A DNA stretch of 64,000 nucleotides, taken from assembly GCA_964016885.1 (NCBI GenBank), contig CAXHJY010001472.1, forward strand, positions 992,001 through 1,056,000. Direction: 5' to 3'. The position numbers were made by a program, and so were the translations under genes. Positions 12,801 to 25,300 of the stretch are shown here, piece after piece. The stretch is from Eledone cirrhosa. Lineage: Eukaryota. The stretch's first letter is position 1; each line of letters opens with the position of its first letter. The notes below the pieces were generated by a model that was not told the origin of the DNA, did not search any database, and was given only the letters and a program-made list of their open reading frames with translations.

Positions 12801-15800
12801 CCCCTGATATTTTTTTTACAAATTATCTCCGCCTGATTTTTTAAAAAAAATTATCTCCCCTTGGACGGCTGGAAATTATCTCCCCTTGGACGGCTGGAAA
12901 TTATCTCCCCTTGGACGGCTAGAAATTACCTCTCCTTGGACGGCTGAAAATTATCTCCCCTTGGACGGCTGCAAATTATCTCCCCTTGATTTTTTTTACA
13001 AATTATCTCCCCCTGATTTTTTTTTTACAAATTATCTCCCCCTGATTTTTTTTTTTACAAATCTCCGCCTGATTTTTAAAAAAAATTATCTCCCCTTGGA
13101 CGGCTGGAAATTATCTCCCCTTGGACGGCTGGAAATTATCTTCCCTTGGACGGCTAGAAATTACCTCTCCTTGGACGGCTGAAAATTATCTCCCCTTGGA
13201 CGGCTGGAAATTATCTCCCCTTGATTTTTTTACAAATTATCTGCCCCTGATTTTTTTTTTACAAATTATCTCCCCCTGATTTTTTTAAAAATGATCTCCC
13301 CTTGGACGGCTGGAAATGATCTCCCCTTGGCTGGTTGGAAATTATCTCCCCTTGGACCGCTAGAAATAATCTCTCCTTGGACGGCTGGAAATTATCTCCC
13401 CTTGATTTTTTTTACAAATCTCCCCCTAATTTAAAAAAAAATTATCTCCCCTTCGCTGGCTGGAAATTATCTCCCTTTGGACGGCTGGAAATTATAGCCC
13501 CTTGTAGGGCTGGAAATTATCTCCCCTTGGACGGCTGGAAATTATCTCCCCTTGATTTTCTTTACAAATTATCTCCCCCTGACTTTTTAAAAAATGATCT
13601 CCCCTTGGACGGCTGGAAATGATCTCCCCTTGGCTGGTTGGAAATTTTCTCCCCTTGGACCGCTAGAAATTATCTCTCCTTGGACGGCTGGAAATTATCT
13701 CCCCTTGATTTTTTTACAAATTATCTCCCCCTGATTTTTTTTACAAATCTCCCAGTGATTTTTTAAAAAAATTATCTCCCCTTCGCTGGCTGGAAATTAT
13801 CTCCCCTTGGACGCTGGAAATTATAGCCCCTTGGAGGGCTGGAAATTATCTTCCCTTGGACGGCTGGAAATTATCTCCCCTTGATTTTTTTTACAAATTA
13901 TCTCCCCCTGATTTTTTTTTACAAATTATCTCCCCCTGATTTTTTTTACAAATTATCTCCCCCTGATTTTTTTTAACAAATTATCTCCCCTTGGACGGCT
14001 GGAAATTATCTCCCCTTGGACGGCTGGAAATTATCTCCCCTTGGACGGCTAGAAATTACCTCTCCTTGGACAGCTGAAAATTATCTCCCCTTGGACGGCT
14101 GCAAATTATCTCCCCTTGATTTTTTTTACAAATTATCTCCCCTTGATTTTTTTTTACAAATTATCTCCCCCTGATTTTTTTTACAAATTATCTCCCCCTG
14201 ATTTTTTTTTACAAATTATCTCCCCCTGATTTTTTTTACAAAATATCTCCCCCTGATTTTTTTACAAATTATCTCCCCCTGATTTTTTTTACAATCTCCG
14301 CCTGATTTTTTTAAAAATTATCTTGCCTTGGCTGGCTGGAAATTATCTCCCCTTGGACGGCTGGAAATTATCTCCCCTTGGAAGGATGGAAATTATCTCC
14401 CCTTGGACGGCTGGAAATTATCTCCCCTTGCACGGCTGGAAATTATCTCCCCTTGGACAGCTGGAAATTATCTGCCCTTGATTTTGTTTTTACAAATTAT
14501 GTTCCCCTGATTTTTTTTACAAATTATCTCCACCTGATTTTTTAAAAAATTATCTCCCCTTGGACGGCTGGAAATTATCTCCCCTTGGTTGGAAATTATC
14601 TCCCCTTGGACGGCTAGAAATTATCTCTGTTTGGACGGCTGGAAATTATCTCCCTTTGATTTTTTTAACAAATTATCTCCCTCTGATTTTTTTTACAAAT
14701 CTCCCCCTGATTTTTTTAAAAAAATTATCTCCCCTTCGCTGGCTGGAAATTATCTCCCCTTGGACACTGGAAATTATAGCCCCCTGGAGGGCTGGAAATT
14801 ATCTTCCCTTGGACGGCTGGAAATTATCTCCCCTTGATTTTTTTTACAAATTATCTCCCCCTGATTTTTTTTTTACAAATTATCTCCCCCTGATTTTTTT
14901 TACAAATTATCTCCCCCTGATTTTTTTACAAATTATCTCCGCCTGATTTTTTTAAAAATTATCTTCCCTTGGCTGGCGGGAAATTATCTCCCCTTGGACG
15001 GCTGGAAATTATCTCCCCTTGGAAGGATGGAAATTATCTCCCCTTGGACAGCTGGAAATTATCTCCCCTTGGACGGCTGAAAATTATCTCCCCTTGATTT
15101 TTTTTTTACAAATTATCTCCCCCTGATTTTTTTTTACAAATTATCTCCCCCTGATTTTTTTTTTACAAATTATCTCCCCCTGATTTTTTTTTACAAATAT
15201 CTCCCCTTGGCTGGCTGGAAATTATCTCCCCTTGGACGGTTGGAAATTATCTCCCCTTGGACGGCTGGAAATTATCTCCCCTTGGACGGCTGGAAATTAT
15301 CTCCTCTTGGACGGCTGGAAATTATCTCCCCTTGGACGGCTGGAAATTATCTGCCCTTGATTTTTTTTTACAAATTATCTCCCCCTGATTTTTTTAAAAA
15401 TGATCTCCCCTTGGACGGCTGGAAATGATCTCCCCTTGGCTGGTTGGAAATTATCTCCCCTTGGACCGCTAGAAATTATCTCTCCTTGGACGGCTGGAAA
15501 TTATCTCCCCTTGATTTTTTTACAAATTATCTCGTCCTGATTTTTTTTACAAATCTCCCAGTGATTTTTAAAAAAAAATTATCTCCCCTTCGCTGGCTGG
15601 AAATTATCTCACCTTGGACGCTGGAAATTATAGCCCCTTGGAGGGCTGGAAATTATCTTCACTTGGACGGCTGGAAATTACCTCCCCTTGATTTTTTTTA
15701 CAAATTATCTCCCCCTGATTTTTTTTTACAAATTATCTCCCCCGGATTTATTTTTATAAATTATCTCCCCCTGATTTTTTTTAACAAATTATCTCCGCCT

Positions 15801-18800
15801 GATTTTTAAAAAAAAATTATCTCCCCTTAGACGGCTGGAAATTATCTCCCCTTGGACGGCTGGAAATTATCTCCCCTTGGACGGCTAGAAATTGGACGGC
15901 TGAAAATTATCTCCCCTTGGACGGCTGCAAATTATCTCCCCTTGATTTTTTTTACAAATTATCTCCCCTTGATTTTTTTTTACAAATTATCTCCCCCTGA
16001 TTTTTTTTTACAAATTATCTCCCCCTGATTTTTTTTTACAAATTATCTACCCCTGATTTTTTTTTACAAATTATCTCCCCCTGATTTTTTTTTACAAATT
16101 ATCTCCCCCTGATTTTTTTTTTACAAATTATCTCCCCCTGATTTTTTTACAAATTATCTCCCCCTGATTTTTTTTACAATCTCCGCCTGATTTTTTAAAA
16201 AATGATCTCCCCTTGGACGGCTGGAAATGATCTCCCCTTGGCTGGTTGGAAATTATCTCCCCTTGGACCGCTAGAAATTATCTCTCCTTGGACGGCTGGA
16301 AATTATCTCCCCTTAATTTTTTTACAAATTATCTCCCCCTGATTTTTTTTACAAATCTCCCAGTGATTTTTAAAAAAAAATTATCTCCCCTTCGCTGGCT
16401 GGAAATTATCTCCCCTTGGACGCTGGAAATTATAGCCCCCTTGGAGGGCTGGAAATTATCTTCCCTTGGACGGCTGGAAATTATCTCCCCTTGATTTTTT
16501 TTACAAATTATCTCCCCCTGATTTTTTTTTACAAATTATCTCCGCCTGATTTTTAAAAAAAAATTATCTCCCCTTGGACGGCTGGAATTATCTCCCCTTG
16601 GACGGCTGGAAATTATCTCCCCTTGGACGGCTAGAAATTACCTCTCCTTGGACGGCTGAAAATTATCTCCCCTTGGACGGCTGCAAATTATCTCCCCTTG
16701 ATTTTTTTTACAAATTATCTCCCCCTGATTTTTTTTTACAAATTATCTACCCCTGATTTTTTTTACAAATTATCTCCCCCTGATTTTTTTTTACAAATTA
16801 TCTCCCCCTGATTTTTTTTTACAAATTATCTCCCCCTGATTTTTTTACAAATTATCTCCCCCTGATTTTTTTTACAATCTCCGCCTGATTTTTTAAAAAA
16901 TAATCTTCCCTTGGCTGGCGGGAAATTATCTCCCCTTGGACGGCTGGAAATTATCTCCCCTTGGAAGGATAGAAATTATCTCCCCTTGGACGGCTGGAAA
17001 TTATCTCCCCTTGCACGGCTGGAAATTATCTCCCCTTGGACAGCTGGAAATTATCTGCCCTTGATTTTGTTTTTACAAATTATCTCCCCCTGATTTTTTT
17101 TACAAATTATCTCCACCTGATTTTTAAAAAAATTATCTCCCCTTCGCTGGCTGGAAATTATCTCCCCTTGGACACTGGAAATTATAGCCCCTTGGAGGGC
17201 TGGAAATTATCTTCCCTTGGACGGCTGGAAATTATCTCCCCTTGATTTTTTTTACAAATTATCTCCCCCTGATATTTTTTTTACAAATTATCTCCCCCTG
17301 ATTTTTTTACAAATTATTTCCCCCTGATTTTTTTTACAAATTATCTCCGCCTGATTTTTTTAAATATTATCTTCCCTTGGCTGGCGGGAAATTATCTCCC
17401 CTTGGACGGTTGGAAATTATCTCCCCTTGCACTGCTGGAAATTATCTCCCCTTGGACGGCTGGAAATTATCTCCCCTTGCACGGCTGGAAATTATCATCC
17501 CCTTGGACGGCTGAAAATTATCTCCCCTTGAATTTTTTTACAAATTATCTGCCCCTGATTTTTTTTACAAATTATCTCCCCCTGATTTTTTTTACAAATT
17601 ATCTCCGCCTGATTTTTAAAAAAAAATTATCTCCCCTTAGACGGCTGGAAATTATCTCCCCTTGGACGGCTGGAAATTATCTCCCCTTGGACGGCTAGAA
17701 ATTGGACGGCTGAAAATTATCTCCCCTTGGACGGCTGCAAATTATCTCCCCTTGATTTTTTTTACAAATTATCTCCCCCTGATTTTTTTTTACAAATTAT
17801 CTCCCCCTGATTTTTTTTTTACAAATTATCTCCCCCTGATTTTTTTACAAATTATCTCCCCCTGATTTTTTTTACAATCTCCGCCTGATTTTTTAAAAAA
17901 TTATCTTCCCTTGGCTGGCGGGAAATTATCTCCCCTTGGACGGCTGGAAATTATCTCCCCTTGGCTGGAAATTATCTCCCCTTGGACACTGGAAATTATG
18001 GCCCCTTGGAGGGCTGGAAATTATCTTCCCTTGAACGGCTGGAAATTATCTCCCCTTGATTTTTTTACAAATTATCTGCCCCTGATTTTTTTTTACAAAT
18101 TATCTCCCCCTGATTTTTTTTTTACAAATTATCTACCCCTGATTTTTTTTACAAATTATCTCCCCCTGATTTTTTTTTTACAAATTATCTCCCCCTGATT
18201 TTTTAAAAAATGATCTCCCCTTGGACGGCTGGAAATGATCTCCCCTTGGCTGGTTGGAAATTATCTCCCCTTGGACCGCTAGAAATTATCTCTCCTTGGA
18301 CGGCTGGAAATTATTTCCCCTTGATTTTTTTTACAAATCTCCCCCTAATTTAAAAAAAAATTATCTCCCCTTCGCTGGCTGGAAATTATCTCCCTTTGGA
18401 CGGCTGGAAATTATAGCCCCTTGTAGGGCTGGAAATTATCTCCCCTTGGACGGCTGGAAATTATCTCCCCTTGATTTTTTTTACAAATTATCTCCCCCTG
18501 ATTTTTTTAAAAATGATCTCCCCTTGGACGGCTGGAAATGATCTCCCCTTGGCTGGTTGGAAATTATCTCCCCTTGGACCGCTAGAAATTATCTCTCCTT
18601 GGATGGCTGGAAATTATCTCCCCTTGATTTTTCTACAAATTATCTCCCCCTGATTTTTTTTACAAATCTCCCAGTGATTTTTAAAAAAAATTTTCTCCCC
18701 TTCGCTGGCTGGAAATTATCTCCCCTTGGACGCTGGAAATTATAGCCCCTTGGAAGGCTGGAAATTATCTTCCCTTGGACGGCTGGAAATTATCTCCCCT

Positions 18801-19620
18801 TGATTTTTTTTACAAATTATCTCCCCCTGATTTTTTTTTTTACAAATTATCTCCCCCTGATTTTTTTTAACAAATTATCTCCGCCTGATTTTTTTAAAAA
18901 AATTATCTCCCCTTGGACGGCTGGAAATTATCTCCCCTTGGACGGCTGGAAATTATCTCCCCTTGGACGGCTAGAAATTACCTCTCCTTGGACGGCTGAA
19001 AATTATCTCCCCTTGGACGGCTGCAAATTATCTCCCCTTGATTTTTTTTACAAATTATCTCCCCTTGATTTTTTTTTATAAATTATCTCCCCCTGATTTT
19101 TTTTACAAATTATCTTCCCTTGGACGGCTGGAAATTATCTCCCCTTGGAAGGATGGAAATTATCTCCCCTTGGACGGCTGGAAATTATCTCCCCTTGCAC
19201 GGCTGGAAATTATCTCCCCTTGGACAGCTGGAAATTATCTGCCCTTGATTTTTTTTTACAAATTATCTCCCCCTGATTTTTTTTTACAAATTATCTCCCC
19301 CTGATTTTTTTTTTACAAATTATCTCCGCCTGATTTTTTTTTTAAATTATCTCCCCTTGGACGGCTGGAAATTATCTCCCCTTGGACGGCTGGAAATTAT
19401 CTTCCCTTGGACGGCTAGAAATTACCTCTCCTTGGACGGCTGAAAATTATCTCCCCTTGGACGGCTGGAAATTATCTCCCCTTGATTTTTTTACAAATTA
19501 TCTGCCCCTGATTTTTTTTTACAAATTATCTCCCCCTGATTTTTTTTTACAAATTATCTCCCCCTGATTTTTTTTTACTAATTATCTCCCCCTGATTTTT
19601 TTTTTACAAATTATCTCCCC
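2975..19620. repeat. Approximate tandem duplication with ~8.3-8.5-kb period (about 2975-11280 / 11281-19620)
   Basis: Matching ORF offsets: 3751/12131 (8380), 4954/13335 (8381), 6937/15444 and 8404/16911 (8507), 9579/17911 (8332), 11049/19382 (8333). The SNV CCCCTTAATTT occurs at 7808 and 16315; the other homologous copies checked have G. Confidence 0.7.
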
Positions 19621-22300
19621 CTGATTTTTTTACAAATTATCTCCCCCTGATTTTTTTTACAATCTCCGCCTGATTTTTTAAAAAATTATCTTCCCTTGGC
19701 TGGCGGGAAATTATCTCCCCTTGGACGGCTGGAAATTATCTCCCCTTGGCTGGAAATTATCTCCCCTTGGACACTGGAAATTATGGCCCCTTGGAGGGCT
19801 GGAAATTATCTTCCCTTGAACGGCTGGAAATTATCTCCCCTTGATTTTTTTACAAATTATCTGCCCCTGATTTTTTTTTACAAATTATCTCCCCCTGATT
19901 TTTTTTTTACAAATTATCTACCCCTGATTTTTTTTACAAATTATCTCCCCCTGATTTTTTTTTTACAAATTATCTCCCCCTGATTTTTTAAAAAATGATC
20001 TCCCCTTGGACGGCTGGAAATGATCTCCCCTTGGCTGGTTGGAAATTATCTCCCCTTGGACCGCTAGAAATTATCTCTCCTTGGACGGCTGGAAATTATT
20101 TCCCCTTGATTTTTTTTACAAATCTCCCCCTAATTTAAAAAAAAATTATCTCCCCTTCGCTGGCTGGAAATTATCTCCCTTTGGACGGCTGGAAATTATA
20201 GCCCCTTGTAGGGCTGGAAATTATCTCCCCTTGGACGGCTGGAAATTATCTCCCCTTGATTTTTTTTACAAATTATCTCCCCCTGATTTTTTTAAAAATG
20301 ATCTCCCCTTGGACGGCTGGAAATGATCTCCCCTTGGCTGGTTGGAAATTATCTCCCCTTGGACCGCTAGAAATTATCTCTCCTTGGATGGCTGGAAATT
20401 ATCTCCCCTTGATTTTTCTACAAATTATCTCCCCCTGATTTTTTTTACAAATCTCCCAGTGATTTTTAAAAAAAATTTTCTCCCCTTCGCTGGCTGGAAA
20501 TTATCTCCCCTTGGACGCTGGAAATTATAGCCCCTTGGAAGGCTGGAAATTATCTTCCCTTGGACGGCTGGAAATTATCTCCCCTTGATTTTTTTTACAA
20601 ATTATCTCCCCCTGATTTTTTTTTTTACAAATTATCTCCCCCTGATTTTTTTTAACAAATTATCTCCGCCTGATTTTTTTAAAAAAATTATCTCCCCTTG
20701 GACGGCTGGAAATTATCTCCCCTTGGACGGCTGGAAATTATCTCCCCTTGGACGGCTAGAAATTACCTCTCCTTGGACGGCTGAAAATTATCTCCCCTTG
20801 GACGGCTGCAAATTATCTCCCCTTGATTTTTTTTACAAATTATCTCCCCTTGATTTTTTTTTATAAATTATCTCCCCCTGATTTTTTTTACAAATTATCT
20901 TCCCTTGGACGGCTGGAAATTATCTCCCCTTGGAAGGATGGAAATTATCTCCCCTTGGACGGCTGGAAATTATCTCCCCTTGCACGGCTGGAAATTATCT
21001 CCCCTTGGACAGCTGGAAATTATCTGCCCTTGATTTTTTTTTACAAATTATCTCCCCCTGATTTTTTTTTACAAATTATCTCCCCCTGATTTTTTTTTTA
21101 CAAATTATCTCCGCCTGATTTTTTTTTTAAATTATCTCCCCTTGGACGGCTGGAAATTATCTCCCCTTGGACGGCTGGAAATTATCTTCCCTTGGACGGC
21201 TAGAAATTACCTCTCCTTGGACGGCTGAAAATTATCTCCCCTTGGACGGCTGGAAATTATCTCCCCTTGATTTTTTTACAAATTATCTGCCCCTGATTTT
21301 TTTTTACAAATTATCTCCCCCTGATTTTTTTTTACAAATTATCTCCCCCTGATTTTTTTTTACTAATTATCTCCCCCTGATTTTTTTTTTACAAATTATC
21401 TCCCCCTGATTTTTTTACAAATTATCTCCCCCTGATTTTTTTTACAATCTCCGCCTGATTTTTTAAAAAATTATCTTCCCTTGGCTGGCGGGAAATTATC
21501 TCCCCTTGGACGGCTGGAAATTATCTCCCCTTGGCTGGAAATTATCTCCCCTTGGACACTGGAAATTATAGCCCCTTGGAGGGCTGGAAATTATCTTCCC
21601 TTGGACGGCTGGAAATTATCTCCCCTTGATTTTTTTACAAATTATCTGCCCCTGATTTTTTTTTTACAAATTATCTCCCCCTGATTTTTTTTTACAAATT
21701 ATCTACCCCTGATTTTTTTACAAATTATCTCCCCCTGATTTTTTTTTACAAATTATCTCCCCCTGATTTTTTAAAAAATGATCTCCCCTTGGACGGCTGG
21801 AAATGATCTCCCCTTGGCTGGTTGGAAATTATCTCCCCTTGGACCGCTAGAAATTATCTCTCCTTGGACGGCTGGAAATTATTTCCCCTTGATTTTTTTT
21901 ACAAATCTCCCCCTAATTTAAAAAAAAATTATCTCCCCTTCGCTGGCTGGAAATTATCTCCCTTTGGACGGCTGGAAATTATAGCCCCTTGTAGGGCTGG
22001 AAATTATCTCCCCTTGGACGGCTGGAAATTATCTCCCCTTGATTTTTTTTACAAATTATCTCCCCCTGATTTTTTTAAAAATGATCTCCCCTTGGACGGC
22101 TGGAAATGATCTCCCCTTGGCTGGTTGGAAATTATCTCCCCTTGGACCGCTAGAAATTATCTCTCCTTGGATGGCTGGAAATTATCTCCCCTTGATTTTT
22201 TTACAAATTATCTCCCCCTGATTTTTTTACAAATCTCCCAGTGATTTTTAAAAAAAATTTTCTCCCCTTCGCTGGCTGGAAATTATCTCCCCTTGGACGC
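17830..22300. repeat. ~2.5 tandem copies of a 1,785-bp sub-HOR unit
   Basis: ORF starts 17911/19696/21481, 18254/20039/21822, 19038/20823 and 19382/21167 are offset by 1785 (1783 in the last copy). The marker TACTAATT occurs near 19577 and 21361. Confidence 0.9.
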
Positions 22301-25300
22301 TGGAAATTATAGCCCCCTTGGAGGGCTGGAAATTATCTTCCCTTGGACGGCTGGAAATTATCTCCCCTTGATTTTTTTTACAAATTATCTCCCCCTGATT
22401 TTTTTTTACAAATTATCTCCGCCTGATTTTTAAAAAAAATTATCTCCCCTTGGACGGCTGGAATTATCTCCCCTTGGACGGCTGGAAATTATCTCCCCTT
22501 GGACGGCTAGAAATTACCTCTCCTTGGACGGCTGAAAATTATCTCCCCTTGGACGGCTGCAAATTATCTCCCCTTGATTTTTTTTACAAATTATCTCCCC
22601 CTGATTTTTTTTTACAAATTATCTACCCCTGATTTTTTTTACAAATTATCTCCCCCTGATTTTTTTTTACAAATTATCTCCCCCTGATTTTTTTTTACAA
22701 ATTATCTCCCCCTGATTTTTTTACAAATTAACTCCCCCTGATTTTTTTTACAATCTCCGCCTGATTTTTTAAAAAATAATCTTCCCTTGGCTGGCGGGAA
22801 ATTATCTCCCCTTGGACGGCTGGAAATTATCTCCCCTTGGAAGGATAGAAATTATCTCCCCTTGGACGGCTGGAAATTATCTCCCCTTGCACGGCTGGAA
22901 ATTATCTCCCCTTGGACAGCTGGAAATTATCTGCCCTTGATTTTGTTTTTACAAATTATCTCCCCCTGATTTTTTTTACAAATTATCTCCACCTGATTTT
23001 TTAAAAAATTATCTCCCCTTGGACGGCTGGAAATTATCTCCCCTTGGCTGGAAATTATCTCCCCTTGGACGGCTAGAAATTATCTCTCTTTGGACGGCTG
23101 GAAATTATCTCCCTTTGATTTTTTTTACAAATTATCTCCCTCTGATTTTTTTTACAAATCTCCCCCTGATTTTTAAAAAAAAATTATCTCCCCTTCGCTG
23201 GCTGGAAATTATCTCCCCTTGGACACTGGAAATTATAGCCCCTTGGAGGGCTGGAAATTATCTTCCCTTGGACGGCTGGAAATTATCTCCCCTTGATTTT
23301 TTTTACAAATTATCTCCCCCTGATATTTTTTTTACAAATTATCTCCCCCTGATTTTTTTACAAATTATCTCCCCCTGATTTTTTTTACAAATTATCTCCG
23401 CCTGATTTTTTTAAATATTATCTTCCCTTGGCTGGCGGGAAATTATCTCCCCTTGGACGGTTGGAAATTATCTCCCCTTGCACTGCTGGAAATTATCTCC
23501 CCTTGGACGGCTGGAAATTATCTCCCCTTGCACGGCTGGAAATTATCATCCCCTTGGACGGCTGAAAATTATCTCCCCTTGATTTTTTTTTACAAATTAT
23601 CTGCCCCTGATTTTTTTTTACAAATTATCTCCCCCTGATTTTTTTTTACAAATTATCTCCGCCTGATTTTTAAAAAAAAATTATCTCCCCTTAGACGGCT
23701 GGAAATTATCTCCCCTTGGACGGCTGGAAATTATCTCCCCTTGGACGGCTGAAAATTATCTCCCCTTGGACGGCTGCAAATTATCTCCCCTTGATTTTTT
23801 TTACAAATTATCTCCCCCTGATTTTTTTTTACAAATTATCTCCCCCTGATTTTTTTTTTACAAATTATCTCCCCCTGATTTTTTTACAAATTATCTCCCC
23901 CTGATTTTTTTTACAATCTCCGCCTGATTTTTTAAAAAATTATCTTCCCTTGGCTGGCGGGAAATTATCTCCCCTTGGACGGCTGGAAATTATCTCCCCT
24001 TGGCTGGAAATTATCTCCCCTTGGACACTGGAAATTATAGCCCCTTGGAGGGCTGGAAATTATCTTCCCTTGGACGGCTGGAAATTATCTCCCCTTGATT
24101 TTTTTACAAATTATCTGCCCCTGATTTTTTTTTACAAATTATCTCCCCCTGATTTTTTTTTACAAATTATCTACCCCTGATTTTTTTTACAAATTATCTC
24201 CCCCTGATTTTTTTTTTACAAATTATCTCCCCCTGATTTTTTTAAAAATGATCTCCCCTTGGACGGCTGGAAATGATCTCCCCTTGGCTGGTTGGAAATT
24301 ATCTCCCCTTGGACCGCTAGAAATTATCTCTCCTTGGACGGCTGGAAATTATTTCCCCTTGATTTTTTTTACAAATCTCCCCCTAATTTAAAAAAAAATT
24401 ATCTCCCCTTCGCTGGCTGGAAATTATCTCCCTTTGGACGGCTGGAAATTATAGCCCCTTGTAGGGCTGGAAATTATCTCCCCTTGGACGGCTGGAAATT
24501 ATCTCCCCTTGATTTTTTTTACAAATTATCTCCCCCTGATTTTTTTAAAAATGATCTCCCCTTGGACGGCTGGAAATGATCTCCCCTTGGCTGGTTGGAA
24601 ATTATCTCCCCTTGGACCGCTAGAAATTATCTCTCCTTGGATGGCTGGAAATTATCTCCCCTTGATTTTTCTACAAATTATCTCCCCCTGATTTTTTTTT
24701 ACAAATCTCCCAGTGATTTTTAAAAAAAATTTTCTCCCCTTCGCTGGCTGGAAATTATCTCCCCTTGGACGCTGGAAATTATAGCCCCTTGGAAGGCTGG
24801 AAATTATCTTCCCTTGGACGGCTGGAAATTATCTCCCCTTGATTTTTTTTTACAAATTATCTCCCCCTGATTTTTTTTTTTACAAATTATCTCCCCCTGA
24901 TTTTTTTTAACAAATTATCTCCGCCTGATTTTTTTAAAAAAATTATCTTCCCTTGGACGGCTGGAAATTATCTCCCCTTGGACGGCTGGAAATTATCTCC
25001 CCTTGGACGGCTAGAAATTACCTCTCCTTGGACGGCTGAAAATTATCTCCCCTTGGACGGCTGCAAATTATCTCCCCTTGATTTTTTTTACAAATTATCT
25101 CCCCTTGATTTTTTTTTACAAATTATCTCCCCCTGATTTTTTTTACAAATTATCTTCCCTTGGACGGCTGGAAATTATCTCCCCTTGGAAGGATGGAAAT
25201 TATCTCCCCTTGGACGGCTGGAAATTATCTCCCCTTGCACGGCTGGAAATTATCTCCCCTTGGACAGCTGGAAATTATCTGCCCTTGATTTTGTTTTTAC

